64,000 nt of DNA, from contig NC_086097.1 in NCBI RefSeq assembly GCF_963921235.1, positions 226,178,001 to 226,242,000 of the forward strand, given 5' to 3'. Numbering within the stretch: position 1 is the stretch's first letter; each line of letters begins with the position of its first letter. Under the pieces are notes generated by a model. The model was not told the DNA's origin. It saw only the letters and a program-made list of their open reading frames with translations, and searched no databases. Of this stretch, positions 51,999 to 64,000 are shown piece by piece. The position numbers and the translations under genes are program-made. The DNA comes from Mobula hypostoma (lineage: Eukaryota).

Positions 51999-52265
51999 GA
52001 GTACTTCTGAGAGAAAGGGGATGACGAGGAATTTCTATAGGCAGAGAGTGGTGAATCTGTGGAATTTGTTGCCAAATGCAGCTGCGGAGGACAAGTCATT
52101 GGGTGTATTTAAAACAGAGGTTGATAGATTATTGATTAGTCAGGGCATAAAGGGTTATGAGGAGACTGGGGCTGAGAGGAAAATTAGATCAGCCATGACA
52201 AAATGCCAGAGTTGATTCCATAGGCCAAATGGCCTAATTCTGCTCCTATATCTTATGGATCTTAT
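51999..52265 (+). mobile_element. CR1 3' fragment
   Basis: RNFYRQRVVNLWNLLP...FKTEVDRLL. Confidence 0.85.
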
Positions 52266-52496
52266 AATTATATACTTCAGTTAAGTTTCCTTTCATTTAT
52301 AAAGCATGTTATAAAGCCTGATTTCATGGAAATAAAAGCAAACATTATGATTGCCAGGATAATATCATGGGCGATGCTGGATGTAGTATCATTTAAAGAT
52401 GCTTTCAAAGAAACATTACTGCAAGCATAATCAACTTTCTTCCCACATTTGTATAATTCCTTCTGAAAATAATGGGCTTGCAGATTATACATCATG

Positions 52497-53700
52497 TTTA
52501 GACCATTAGACCATAAAATATAGGAGCAGAAATAGGCCATTCAGCCCATCAAGTCTACTCTGCTATTCAATGATCCAATTCTTCCAGTCATCCCCACTCC
52601 CCTGACTTTTCCCCATACCCTTTGATGCCCAGGCTAATCAAGAACCTATCTATCTCTGCCTTAAATGCACCCAATGACATGGCCTCCACAGCCACTCGTG
52701 GCAACAAATTCCACAGATTTACCACCCTCTCTGCATCTCTGTTCTAAATGGACCTCCTTCAATCCTAAAGTCGTGCGCTCTTGCCCTAGACTCCCCTACC
52801 ATGGGAAATAACTTTTGCTGTATCTAATCTGTTCAGGCTTATCAACATTCAGAATGTTTCTATGAGATTCCACCTCATTCTCCCGAAATCCATGCCTCTA
52901 TTACCCTGTAAGTCATCCCACTAGCTGTGATCATGCCTCATCTCCTGCCTGTCCTTTCTATCATCTCTGTTGCACGCTATCTTTGATTTATTTCTGTTTT
53001 CCCCTTCCTCAGTCCTGTCACTCCGGTTCCTATCCCCCTGCCAAATTAGTTTAAACCCTCTCTAACAACTCTATTAAACCTGTATGCTAGGATATTGGAC
53101 CCCTTTGGGTTCAGGTGTAACCCGTCCTTTTAGTACAGGTCGTTCCTCCCCCAGAAGATGACCCAATGATCCAGGAACCCGAAGCCCTGCCCCCTACACC
53201 CGTCTCTCAGCCACACATTAACATACCTGATCATTCTTGCACTCGTTAGCACATAACACAGGCAGCAATCCTAAGGTTACTACCCTGGAGGTCCTGCTTT
53301 TCAGCTTCCTACCTAACTCCCTGAATTCTCTCTTCAGGACCTCCTCCCTTTTTCTACCTATGTCATTGGTACCAACGTGTACCAAAACTTCTGGTGGTTC
53401 ACCCTGTCCCTTCAGAATACTCTGCACCCCATCCGAGACATCCCATACCCTGGCACCTGGAAGGCAACACACCATGTGGGTATCTCTAACAGGTTAACAG
53501 GACCTCCCGTCTGTTCCCCTCACTATGGAATTCTCTATGACTACCACATCCCTCATCTTCTTCTCTCCCTTCTGCACCACGGAACCAGGATCAGTGCCAG
53601 ATTTCCGATCACCGTGGTCGGTGTCGGTCAGGTCACCCCCCTCAACAGCATCCAAAAGGAGATAATGATTACTGAAGGGGACGGCCACAGGAGCGCTCTC
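52497..53700 (-). mobile_element. CR1: ORF1 (SGNH esterase-like) joined to the ORF2 3' end and UTR
   Basis: VVVIENSIVRGTD, VCCLPGARV, VHVGTND; (TGGTCTAA) tail at 52497-52514; junction ~52890. Confidence 0.88.
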
Positions 53701-55357
53701 TGGTTATCCTGTAGAAGATCCACAAAGCTTCAGTGGAACTCCAGCAAGTTCATGCTCGGTAGCTGAGCTCCAGGGAGATTACAATGATGCAGCACGGATT
53801 CTGAAACAGAAATCTTTTGGCAAGTCTGGGTCTTCCATGTTCAAATCAGAATGCACTGAACTGAAAATCCTGTTGGGATTTACAAGGGTAGGTACTGATA
53901 TTTTGCTGCTGAAAACACCCAGGCCATTGTGCAAAATATTTTGACTAATTTAAATTCAGAGTATTTCCAAAAACAGCACAGTCAGTTCGTAGGAGCCAAC
54001 CAGTGAAAGACAAAATTTGGTGTTCTTGTTTTACTAGATTAAAACATTGTAGAGGAAAGAACACTTTGCTATGTTATTTAATATTGGTAATCTTTTCTTA
54101 CTGCAAGCACTTCTATTTAAAATATTACGTATTTGTAGCAATGATTATTAGCACAAGTTGGAATAAGAATTCTGGAAAGAAAAGATCTACCAAATCTTTG
54201 TCAAAATAATCTTCAGCAGAGGTGAGACGGTCACACAGAAGTCTGTTTTAGACTTTGGTATGCTAGATCAAAATGAAAATTCCTGTTAGTATTTCCACAA
54301 CTGAAGCACCAAATCAGCAATGCTCTGCACACAACAAAGGATTGACACTGCATGAAAATCAAACTTTTCCAGACAGTACAAGTCTGGGAATCAAGTAATC
54401 AGAGCAAGTTCAGGTGCAAATTGCCACTGCTGAAGAACAAATGTCATCAAAAGCCTCAGAAATATCATCAAATTTGTGAGTATGATCAATTATTTGGAAG
54501 GAATATAGTTAAAACCAAGATCCCATTAATAGCCAAGAAGAGCCCAGTTAAATTCGTTAGATTTATGAGAAGAATATCTCATGAGTGGAGATTAGAGACT
54601 CAAATCTTTTCATTGTTTTTTGTCACTAAGCCCTGCAACTTTATTGTATTATATTGTTTTCTTGAGATTTTTTAAAATATTATGGGGTTATCCAAATTAT
54701 ACTTTTCTCTTATCCATTAGTTAAGGAATTGATTATGGACCTCAGGTAGGAGAAGTCAAGAGAACACACAACTGTCCCCAGTGAGGGGTCAGTGATGGAA
54801 AGGGTCAGCAGCTTCCAGCTCCTGGTCATCAGTATCTCAAAGGATCTGTTCTGGTCCCAAAGCGTTGATGCAAACATGAGAAAGGCAGGCCAGTGGCTCT
54901 GCTTGACTAGGAATTTGAGGAGATTTATCACCAAAGGCACTTGTGCAATGGAAAACAATCTGATTGGTTGCATCATCATCTTATAAAGAGCCTTCATTAC
55001 AGAGGATCATAAGATGCTGCAAACTTGTAGACTCAGCTCGTTCCATCACAGGCACAACCCAAACCACCATTAAGGACATCTTCAAAAGCTAGGATAGGGT
55101 GGTTGAGAAGGCATTTGGTGTATGTAGCACCCATCATTAAGGACCCTCAACATTTGGGATAGGCCCTGAAGGGCCCTGAAGACTCACACTCGATGTGTTA
55201 GAAACAGCTTCATCCCCTCCATTTCCAGACTTCCAAATGGTCCATGGACACTACCTCATGATTCTTCCCTGCACTATTTATTTATTTTGTAATTTATAGC
55301 GGTTTTACACCTTACACTACACTGCACTGCTGTGGCAAATCAACAAATTTCACAACT

Positions 55358-56126
55358 TAGAGTACTACAGTACAACACAGGCCCTTCAATGCACAATATT
55401 GTGCTAACCTCCTAACCTCATCTAATAGTTATCTGGGACAGCACAGATATATTTGTGCACCAAGAAGAGTTGATCATGAGGCATACTCCTTCACCTCTGC
55501 TTTTGAGAGACTCTGTAGATCTATCCTGGCGGTGTATAGTAAACCCGTCGATCTGGATTGCAGCATCCAGTACAGAAGGGGTTAACCAGGATTCCATGAA
55601 ACAAAGGACACACGCGGTCCTAACGTCCCTCTGATTCAGCACCCTAGCTCTGAGATCATTGATTTTATTCACCAGAGACGGCACGTTTGCCAGCAAGATA
55701 GTCAGTGTTGGGAATTTAAAATCCTGTTTCCTTAATCGCATTTGTTGCCCGATCTACAGTCACGCTTCCTCTGTGAGTGCTTCTGAGCTTTGGAGGATCT
55801 ATGGACATGTATCCCAACATCCCTCTGTTCCTCCACACTGCTGTGTCTCCTGCCATTAACATTGTACTCTGTCATCAAGTTCGACCTTTTAAGGTGTAAC
55901 ACACTCCTCCAGATTGAACTCAGTTCTACCACTTCTCAGCCCAGCTCTCCATGCTATCTATGTCCCTTTGTAGCCAACTATAACTTCTACACTATCCACA
56001 ATTCCACCAACAGTCGCGTCATCTCCCAGCTTACTAACCCACTCTTCCACTTCACTCATTAAGTCAGTTATAAAAATCACAAAAAAACAAGGATCCCAGA
56101 ACAGATCCCTGTGCTACTCCAATAGT
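55358..56126 (-). mobile_element. Chimeric CR1-head / Rex1-APE / CR1-tail element
   Basis: CR1 RT piece 56126-55790, Rex1 LLANVPSLVNKINDL...LCFMESWL 55790-55431, CR1-type tail 55430-55358. Confidence 0.8.
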
Positions 56127-56133
56127 CAACATA

Positions 56134-56711
56134 CATTCAGTGGCCATTTTCTTAGGTACACCTATACACTTGCTTGCTAATGGAAATATCTGATCAGCCA
56201 ATCATGCGGCACCAACTCAATGCTTAAAAACATGCAGACATGATCAAGAGGTTCAGTTGCTCTTCAGACGAAACATCAGAAAGATCAGGAAGAAATGTGA
56301 CATTGACTGTGGAATGATTGTTGGTGCCAGACAGGGTGGTTTGAATTTCTCAGAAACTGTTGATCTCCTGGGATTTTCATATGTAGAGCTTACTGACAAT
56401 GGAGCAAAAAAAACAAATAAAACATACAGTATGTAGCAGTTTTGTGCGCAGAACACCTTTGTTAATGAGAGAGGTGAGAGGAGAATGACCAGAACTTTTC
56501 AAGCTGACAGGAAGGTGACAGTAGCTCAGCCAACCTCACAATACAACAGTGGTGTGCAGAACAGAATCTCTGACACATTGAATCTTGAGGTAGATGTGGT
56601 ATTGCTGCAGAAGACCATAAACGTATGTTTATCATCTTCTCCTGCTATACCACATCTACTATCATCTCCCTATTAGGTGCAGAAGGTACCTAATAAAGTG
56701 GCCACTGTGTG
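56134..56711 (+). mobile_element. Non-autonomous, internally deleted Tc1-family element
   Basis: TIRs cattcagtggccattttcttaggtac / gtacctaataaagtggccactgtgtg; TA at 56132-33; HTH relic MIVGARQGGLNFSETVDLLGFS. Confidence 0.85.
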
Positions 56712-57019
56712 AATGTCAGTAATAATAAACTTGGATCTGGTTCTGATTCAGAATGTGTTTGTTAAAGGATTGACTTTCTCCATTGGAGACCCGTTCAATG
56801 GCGATACAGTTTAGAGGAGGTGACACAAGCATTGTGCTCAGACCCAGAGAAATTGATTAAGTATTGATGGGGTGTAGGTATTGTCTTTGTGGTCATCAGC
56901 TATTACCCAAATCTGATTGCTCTTGAAAAGGTGAATGTTCTTCTTGATAATTGAGAGGTTTACAAGACCACCTTTCAGAGTAGTTAAAAGCTGATCACAC
57001 TGATAGGAATCTAGCATTT

Positions 57020-57200
57020 TATATTTGCCTAAATGAGTTAAGAATGCCAGAACTCCTTTCCTTAAGGATATAAGTGAATTAAATGAGTTTACAATATGAT
57101 GACCCAGCAGCTTCATGGTCACTGTTACTAATACTCATTTCTTTGTCCATATTTATTTATCAAATTTAAGTTTCCCGGCATGAATTTGAAGTCATGACCA
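57020..57200 (-). mobile_element. Old tRNA-SINE relic
   Basis: Related to 19980-20195 (aaggatataagtgaatt, ttcatggtcac, aatttgaa). Confidence 0.45.
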
Positions 57201-57214
57201 ACATACTACCGTAC

Positions 57215-59066
57215 GCTTTTATAGATATGTAAAAAGGAAAAGACTGGTAAAGACAAATGTAGGTCCCCTGCAGACAGAAACAGGTGAATTGATTATGGGG
57301 AGCAAGGACATGGCAGACCAATTGAATAATTACTTTGGTTCTGTCTTCACTAAGGAGGACATAAATAATCTTCCAGAAATAGGAAGGGACAGAGGGTCCA
57401 GTGAGATGGAGGAACTGAGTGAAATACATGTTAGTAGGGAAGTGGTGTTAGGTAAATTGAAGGGATTGAAGGCAGATAAATCCCCAGGGCCAGATGGTCT
57501 GCATCCTAGAGTGCTTAAGGAAGTAGCCCAAGAAATAGTGGATGCATTAGTGATAATTTTTCAAAACTCGTTAGATTCTGGACTAGTTCCTGAGGATTGG
57601 AGGGTGGCTAATGTAACCCCACTTTTTAAAAAAGGAGGGAGAGAGAAACCGGGGAATTATAGGCCGGTTAGCCTAACGTCGGTGGTGGGGAAACTGCTGG
57701 AGTCAGTTATCAAGGATGTGATAACAGCACATTTGGAAAGTGGTGAAATGATCGGACAAAGTCAGCATGGATTTGTGAAAGGAAAATCATGTCTGACGAA
57801 TCTCATAGAATTTTTTGAGGATGTAACTAGTAGAGTGGATAGGGGAGAACCAGTGGATGTGGTATATTTGGATTTTCAAAAGGCTTTTGACAAGGTCCCA
57901 CACAGGAGATTAGTGTGCAAACTTAAAGCACACGGTATTGGGGGTAAGGTATTGCTGTGGGTGGAGAATTGGTTAGCAGACAGGAAGCAAAGAGTGGGAA
58001 TAAACGGGACCTTTTCAGAATGGCAGGCGGTAACTAGTGGGGTACCGCAAGGCTCGGTGCTGGGACCCCAGTTGTTTACAATATATATTAATGACTTGGA
58101 TGAGGGAATTAAATGCAGCATCTCCAAGTTTGCGAATGACACGAAGCTGGGTGGTAGTGTTAGCAGTGAGGAGGATGCTAAGAGGATGCAGGGTGACTTG
58201 GATAGGTTGGGTGAGTGGGCAAACTCATGGCAGATGCAATTTAATGTGGATAAATGTGAAGTTATCCACTTTGGTGGCAAAAATAGGAAAACAGATTATT
58301 ATTTGAATGGTGGCCGATTAGGAAAAGGGGAGGTGCAATGAGACCTGGGTGTCATTATACACCAGTCATTGAAAGTGGGCATGCAGGTACAGCAGGCGGT
58401 GAAAAAGGCGAATGGTATGCTGGCATTTATAGCGAGAGGATTCGAGTACAGGAGCAGGGAGGTACTACTGCAGTTGTACAGGGCCTTGGCGAGACCACAC
58501 CTGGAGTATTGTGTGCAGTTTTGGTCCCCTAATCTGAGGAAAGACATCTTTGCCATAGAGGGAGTACAAAGAAGGTTCACCAGATTGATTCCTGGGATGG
58601 CAGGTCTTTCATATGAAGAAAGACTGGATGAACTGGGCTTGTACTCGTTGGAATTTAGAAGATTGAGGGGGGATCTGATTGAAACGTATAAGATCCTAAA
58701 GGGATTGGACAGGCTAGATGCGGGAAGATTGTTCCCGATGTTGGGGAGGTCCAGAACGAGGGGTCACAGTTTGAGGATAGAGGGGAAGCCTTTTAGGACT
58801 GAGATTAGGAAAAACTTCTTCACACAGAGAGTGGTGAATCTGTGGAATTCTCTGCCACAGCAAACAGTTGAGGCCAGTTCATTGGCTATGTTTAAGAGGG
58901 AGTTAGATATGGCCCTTGTGGCTACAGGGGTCAGGGGGTATGGAGGGAAGGCTGGGGCGGGGTTCTGAGTTGGATGATCAGCCACGATCATAATAAATGG
59001 CGGTGCAGGCTCGAAGGGCCGAATGGCCTACTCCTGCACCTATTTTCTATGTTTCTATGTTTCTAT
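57215..59066 (+). mobile_element. Young CR1 LINE, 5'-truncated, RT pseudogene
   Basis: ORFs 57289-58341 and 58369-58968 are in the same frame, split by one TGA; NYRPVSLTS, YLDFQKAFDKV, GVPQGSVLGP, FANDTKL; (TTCTATGT)n tail. Confidence 0.96.
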
Positions 59067-59178
59067 GTACTAAATTAAGATGGAGGATGACAGCCCAGCG
59101 GTTATTATGTACCCTATATGTACGTCACAGAGTCCCTTCTGAGCAGCTTCCAATGAATGGTTGCACCTCTCCAAGAAT

Positions 59179-59460
59179 AGAACATAGAACGTAGAATAGA
59201 ACAGCACAGTACAGGCCCTTCGGCCCACAATGTTCTGCCAACCCTCAAACCCTGCCTCCCATATAACCCCCCACCTTAAATTCCTCCATATACCTGTCTT
59301 AAACTTCACTAGTGTATCTGCCTCCACCACTGACTCTGGCAGTGCATTCCACGCACCAACCACTCTCTGAGTAAAAAACCTTCCTCTAATATCCCCCTTG
59401 AACTTCCCACCCCTTACCTTAAAGCCATGTCCTCTTGTATTGAGCAGTGGTGCCCTGGGG
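59179..59460 (-). mobile_element. CR1 3' fragment, same subfamily as 3475-4515
   Basis: Near-identical 3' end; aagaat duplicated at 59173-59178 and 59461-59466. Confidence 0.92.
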
Positions 59461-60299
59461 AAGAATGCTATTGATATTGTCACAAGGTCCTGCAGACCAC
59501 TGTCACGTGGGAATTAAAATGACAGTCCTGGAACTTTAGAGCTCCGCATTCTTCCAGGCTGCCACACAATGTTAATATACAGTAATGTTAACCAGGGAAC
59601 AGTCAGGTCCTGAAGTGTGATGGACCAGCTGAATTCAGACACTACATCTTTAATGCCAGAGGTGGAGGTACTGGGACAAAGCAGCTAATCTCCCCAGGGT
59701 TTAGTGTGTCAAAATGCTCTACATGTGGCACTGAAATGCCAAGTGAGCAGTTGATGCAACGTGTGATTAGGATGAGTTTCCATTCTCAGAGCACCTTTCT
59801 TACCTGTAATGCAAACCGGGCCCTCTGCTCTCCAGAAGTTGTGAACAATGTTCTGAGGCTGATCCTGTCGGACTTTCTTGTTGCATGCTTGACTCCCTCT
59901 GGATCCCCCTCATGCCTTCTACATGATATCCAACATTATTATTCAGCTTGGCTTTTCAAGGAATCGAAACCTGTATAAAAATTGATCAAACTGCATGTAC
60001 TCTTTCCAAAGTAATTTCAATGTTCAGCGTACAGGATGTGTTCTCTTTATATTCCTAAAATCCAATTATTCAATTGAAGGGTGAACTCAAATACTTCTGA
60101 GATTCGGGGAGCTCAAAACAACATGGGTTCTCTTTACATAAGTGATTCGTATAGATTCCCAGAGAGGGTTGCCACATGGTACATTGTTCCCTTTTCGAAA
60201 AGAAAACATAAATTGAATTAACAGATTTACAAATTTCAGACATTTTCCTGGTTCATTCAATTTTCACATTTGCTCAGAATCGTGCTGCAGCCACCTGCA

Positions 60300-60980
60300 G
60301 AGAGCTCTTAGTTCAGGCAGATGTTGTTGGAGTGTTGTACAATTCTGACTCGATGTGGCCCTCATCAGCAATATCACGGTTCTGTTCCTCTTGACCATTT
60401 GTGCAAATCACATTGGAAATAATTGAAATCACAGTCTCCTTTGCTGTACTCCAGGTATATTTGCTTGGAATAAATTGCCAACGTAGATATTGGGAAGTCA
60501 ATTACTCAATTTCACGGGTTAACTACGAATCTCATCTTCACCAACACAATATCCCAGATCTTCCTTTGTCCCCACCGTGCATGTCTTCCACAAGGTACCA
60601 GCCTGAACTTCTTTTGAATGTGGCACAAATCAAGGTGCTTAAGCTGTTTCTATTTTGTGCTGAATCTTCAATTCATTAACATCTCATCGGAGTAAATCCT
60701 GTTGTGATCTGGTCCGATACTCTGGAGGAAATGTGTGAGTTATTGTTTCGTGGTCACATTCCATTGACCCTGTACAACTATCCTTTTGCACACCTCATTC
60801 AACACAATCTGTCCTGGCTGCTTCCAATTGCAAGTTGGGTAGACATGACAAATGGTGCTTTATTCTATTACTTTTGATAAACTCTTCACATTCAAAGGAT
60901 CTGAGTCGTGGTTCTTGTCTGACACAACTTCTTCAGGCAGACCATGCATGGGAAGTATAGATCTTAATTCTTCAATAAAT
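60300..60980 (-). mobile_element. Ancient Gypsy-type integrase relic
   Basis: Minus strand reads IEELRSILPMHGLPEEVVSD...EEFIKSNRIKH, matching the rve motif FARHGLPEEIVSDNG...F...NGIKH; left boundary uncertain. Confidence 0.6.
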
Positions 60981-61164
60981 GAGAATAGTGAATGAGTAAA
61001 TTTATAGCTGGACATGCCTAGGTAATGTGGTGGAGATGACAGAACACCAGCTGTACTGCAATGTCTTAGCTGAAGTTACAACTAGTTCAAGAATGCTAAA
61101 GGTGGGATGATGTTTGACATCATCACCTTGGCTGTATCCAGCACTCTTTCCTTTTGTCATTTCA

Positions 61165-61617
61165 AGAGCATGTTTTAAGAGGGTAGGTTGAGTGAGCTCG
61201 AGCTTTTCTCTTTGGAGTTCAGGAACTTTAGAGGGGACTTGATAGAGATGTACAAGATGATAAGAGGCATAGATCAAGATAGACAGAGACTTTTTTTCAG
61301 GATGGAAATGGCTTGTACAGTGGGGCATAATTTTAAGGTGACTTGAGGAAAGTATAAGAGGGATATCAGAGGTGCGTTTCTTTTTCACAGAGAGTGGTGA
61401 GTGTGTGGTACAGCCTGCCAGGGATAGTGCTAGAGGGAGATACATTACGGACATTTAAGAAACTCTTAGATAGGGAGATTGATGATAGAGTAATGGAGGG
61501 CTATGTAGGAGGAAACATTTAAATTGACCTTAGAGTAGCTTATAAAGTCAGCACAACTCTGAGGACCAAAAGGACTGTACTTTGCTGTAGATTTCTATGT
61601 TCCGTGTTCTATGTTCT
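61165..61617 (+). mobile_element. CR1 3' fragment
   Basis: gaggggacttgatagagatgtacaagatg, cacagagagtggt, (TTCTATG) tail. Confidence 0.85.
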
Positions 61618-61622
61618 ACCAC

Positions 61623-62058
61623 AGTACAAATTATATTACAATCAATCCATTATTACAATCTATAATAACAGTCTGGATATAAAAGTACAGGATAAACAAG
61701 CAAGAACAATTTATTTAATAGATATAGCCATTCCAAACACTCATAACATACAGAAATCAATAAGTAGAAAACACTAGAAATATGCTGAATTAAAAGAGGA
61801 AATTGAAAGACTATGGAATAAGAACAGGGTATACATTATCACAATAATAATATCTACAACTGATATTAACCCAAAGTCACTACACAATAGTCTTAAACAA
61901 TAAGGCCTACACAACAATATTTATGTAAATCTTCAGAAAATCACAATACTAAACACCACTAAAATAGTCCAAAAGTTCCCAGCAATTGAGAAATAAGTCA
62001 GCTTGGCTATATCCACACCTCAGTTTTTACCACCTTGAGCTGAGAAAAAAATAAAAAT
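61623..62058 (+). mobile_element. R4/Dong-clade non-LTR retrotransposon 3' end (restriction-like endonuclease)
   Basis: Translates to DKQARTIYLIDIAIPNTHNIQKSISRKH*KYAELKEEIERLW...LQKITILNTTKIVQKF; short UTR then A/TAA-rich tail. Confidence 0.8.
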
Positions 62059-62064
62059 GTAACA

Positions 62065-62660
62065 ACAATAATAAGTAAATAAGCAATAAATATTGAGAAC
62101 ATGAGATGAAGAGTCATTGAGAGTCCATAAGTTGTGGGAACAGTTCAGTCATGGAGTGAGTGAAGTTATCCTCTCAGGTTCAAGAACATGATGACAGAGG
62201 GGTAATGACTGCTCCTGAACCTGGCGGTGTGAGTCCTGAGGCTCCTGTATCTTCTTCCTGATGGCAGCAGTGAGAAGAGAGCATGAGCTGGATGGTGGGA
62301 AACCTTGATGATAGATGCTGCTTTCCTGTGACTCTGCTCCATGTAGATGTGCTTAGTGCTAGGGAAGGCATTGAGTGATGGACTGGGCTGTTTCCAGTAC
62401 TTTTTCCAGGCTTTTCCATTCAAGGGCATTGGTGTTTCCATACAAAATGGTTATGCAACCAGTCGAAATACTCTCCATCACACATCTATAAAAGTTTGTC
62501 GAAGTTTAAGTGAGGTGCCTAATCTTCCCAAATGTCTAACAGTGTAGAGATGTTGTCATGCTTTCTTCATAATGGCACTCTCATACTGGACCCGGAACAG
62601 ATCCTCTGAAATGATAACACCAAGGAGTTTAAATTTGCTGGCCCTTTCCACCTCTGATTC
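62065..62660 (-). mobile_element. Old Rex1 3' fragment
   Basis: RKAASIIKVSHHPAHALFSLLPSGRRYRSLRTHTARFRSS. Confidence 0.88.
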
Positions 62661-63924
62661 CCCAGAATAGGACTTGACAAATGGGCACCAGTGAAACAAG
62701 ACCACACATTGCAGGCAGCTTACAAAACTTTTAAATATACTTCTTCTGAACTACTCTCAATGCAATCTGCAGCCAGTAATTTCCCTTTAAGTAACCAATT
62801 TTAATCCGCCAGATCTGTCTGTCTATCCGACTTAGCATTATTACCATACCACACAGCATGAGGGAGAATGCCCATGGTGTAAATATGGAATTTCTTTCCT
62901 CTCCGCAAGGATAATGCAGTGGCCATTTCTACCAATGCTATCATGAGGAGATGAATCTGCCACAGCTTTTACAGTGTAGACTATTCCTGACAAATAACAA
63001 GTAATATGTAAAAGCCTAAAGACATTTATGAAAAAAGATGTAATTATGGTTCCCACTAGGATAATGCAGGTTTCATTTAGGGTTCTGTACTGTTCCAGCT
63101 GTTTGAGGCCAAAGCAATGTAATATCCAGGCCTCTTTATCACAAGAGTAGTCGCCTCTCAGTCAGCATGGCTGTGAAATGAATATGGGCCTTTGGAAAAT
63201 TAGACCATCCATCAACACATAGGTAGGTGTGTGAAAGAGGTTCTGAGGCACCACAGGAGTGTTCCAGAGGCCTAACCCTTTCCTGTGAAGACACATAGAG
63301 AATACCTGCCCCACCTTAGCCGGAATGTTAGAAATATACACCTACGGGGCCTCTTCAGCTTTCTGATCTGCTTCACATCCTGCTGCAGCTGTGTTGCGTA
63401 GGGTGAGGTTAGAATTGCTCGTGGGGTTGTATGACTTCTTTGTACCTGATAAACATATGTGGTCTGCGATCTTTAATTTGACTAAGCTGCCCATCCAGAA
63501 GCACCCAGTAAAATTAGGTACAGTGGGATCCAGATGGCGTTCCGGCAGGTATGTAACCTGAGGCATTTTAACTGCCCACCAGCCTGGATTCTGCCAGGTG
63601 GATAGAGTTAAAATTTTCCTCCCCGTGACATTCAGCTAAAACTTGAAAGGTTTATCCAGGCACCTTGAAAGTTTTAAATGTGCAAATGTCCTTTATATTT
63701 TAGGACCGTGTAATGAATTCAGTTTTGTTTACTGCGCACTTTGTAACTTTCCAATTGAGTTCTAGACATTGCACTTTGTAGAATGAATTTTCAATTTCCA
63801 AAGCCAAAAATCTAAGGCTATTTCAAGGCAAGTTTCACCTCATTTTCCAACAGCAAGGACATTTTCACAGTTAGAACATTGTAAATGATCAAATTTATCC
63901 CATTCCACATTGAACCACATCGAA

Positions 63925-64000
63925 GATGGTGGTGAACCTGTGGAACTCATTGTGTGAAGGCCAAGTCATTGGGTATATTTAAAGCAGAGGTCGATAGGTT
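63925..64000 (+). mobile_element. CR1 3' fragment running off the window
   Basis: gtggtgaacctgtggaactcattg...gccaagtcattgggtatatttaaagcagaggtcgatagg. Confidence 0.8.

Larger units (their letters stand above)
54718..56752 (+). mobile_element. Old Rex1 3' fragment (54718-55357 plus tail 56712-56752) split by two insertions
   Basis: ERVSSFQLL...KAGQWLCLTRNLRRF; tail tgtcagtaataataaac...gttctgattc. Confidence 0.8.

Overview
Eukaryotic, repeat-rich genomic DNA. The repeat inventory (CR1, Rex1/Babar, Penelope-like elements, V-SINEs, Tc1, Gypsy, R4/Dong) points to a cartilaginous fish, probably a ray; this is inference. No host protein-coding gene can be identified with confidence, and every recognisable ORF is a decayed transposon fragment. 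About 12-28 kb is nearly transposon-free, with a CpG-enriched promoter-like segment, a (CT)n tract and a candidate first exon. The most notable hidden structure is a family of Penelope-like (GIY-YIG) elements and short fold-back derivatives. They carry a minimal type I hammerhead ribozyme motif (more than 10 copies, two fully intact), and six insertions have 12-14 bp target-site duplications (TSDs). Other findings: a CR1-head/Rex1-body chimera present twice with the same junction, a Gypsy element inverted through its zinc knuckle, an R4/Dong endonuclease relic, many nested insertions, and an unexplained diverged ~220 bp duplicate. Repeat boundaries were read by eye and are approximate unless a TSD or terminal inverted repeat (TIR) is quoted.
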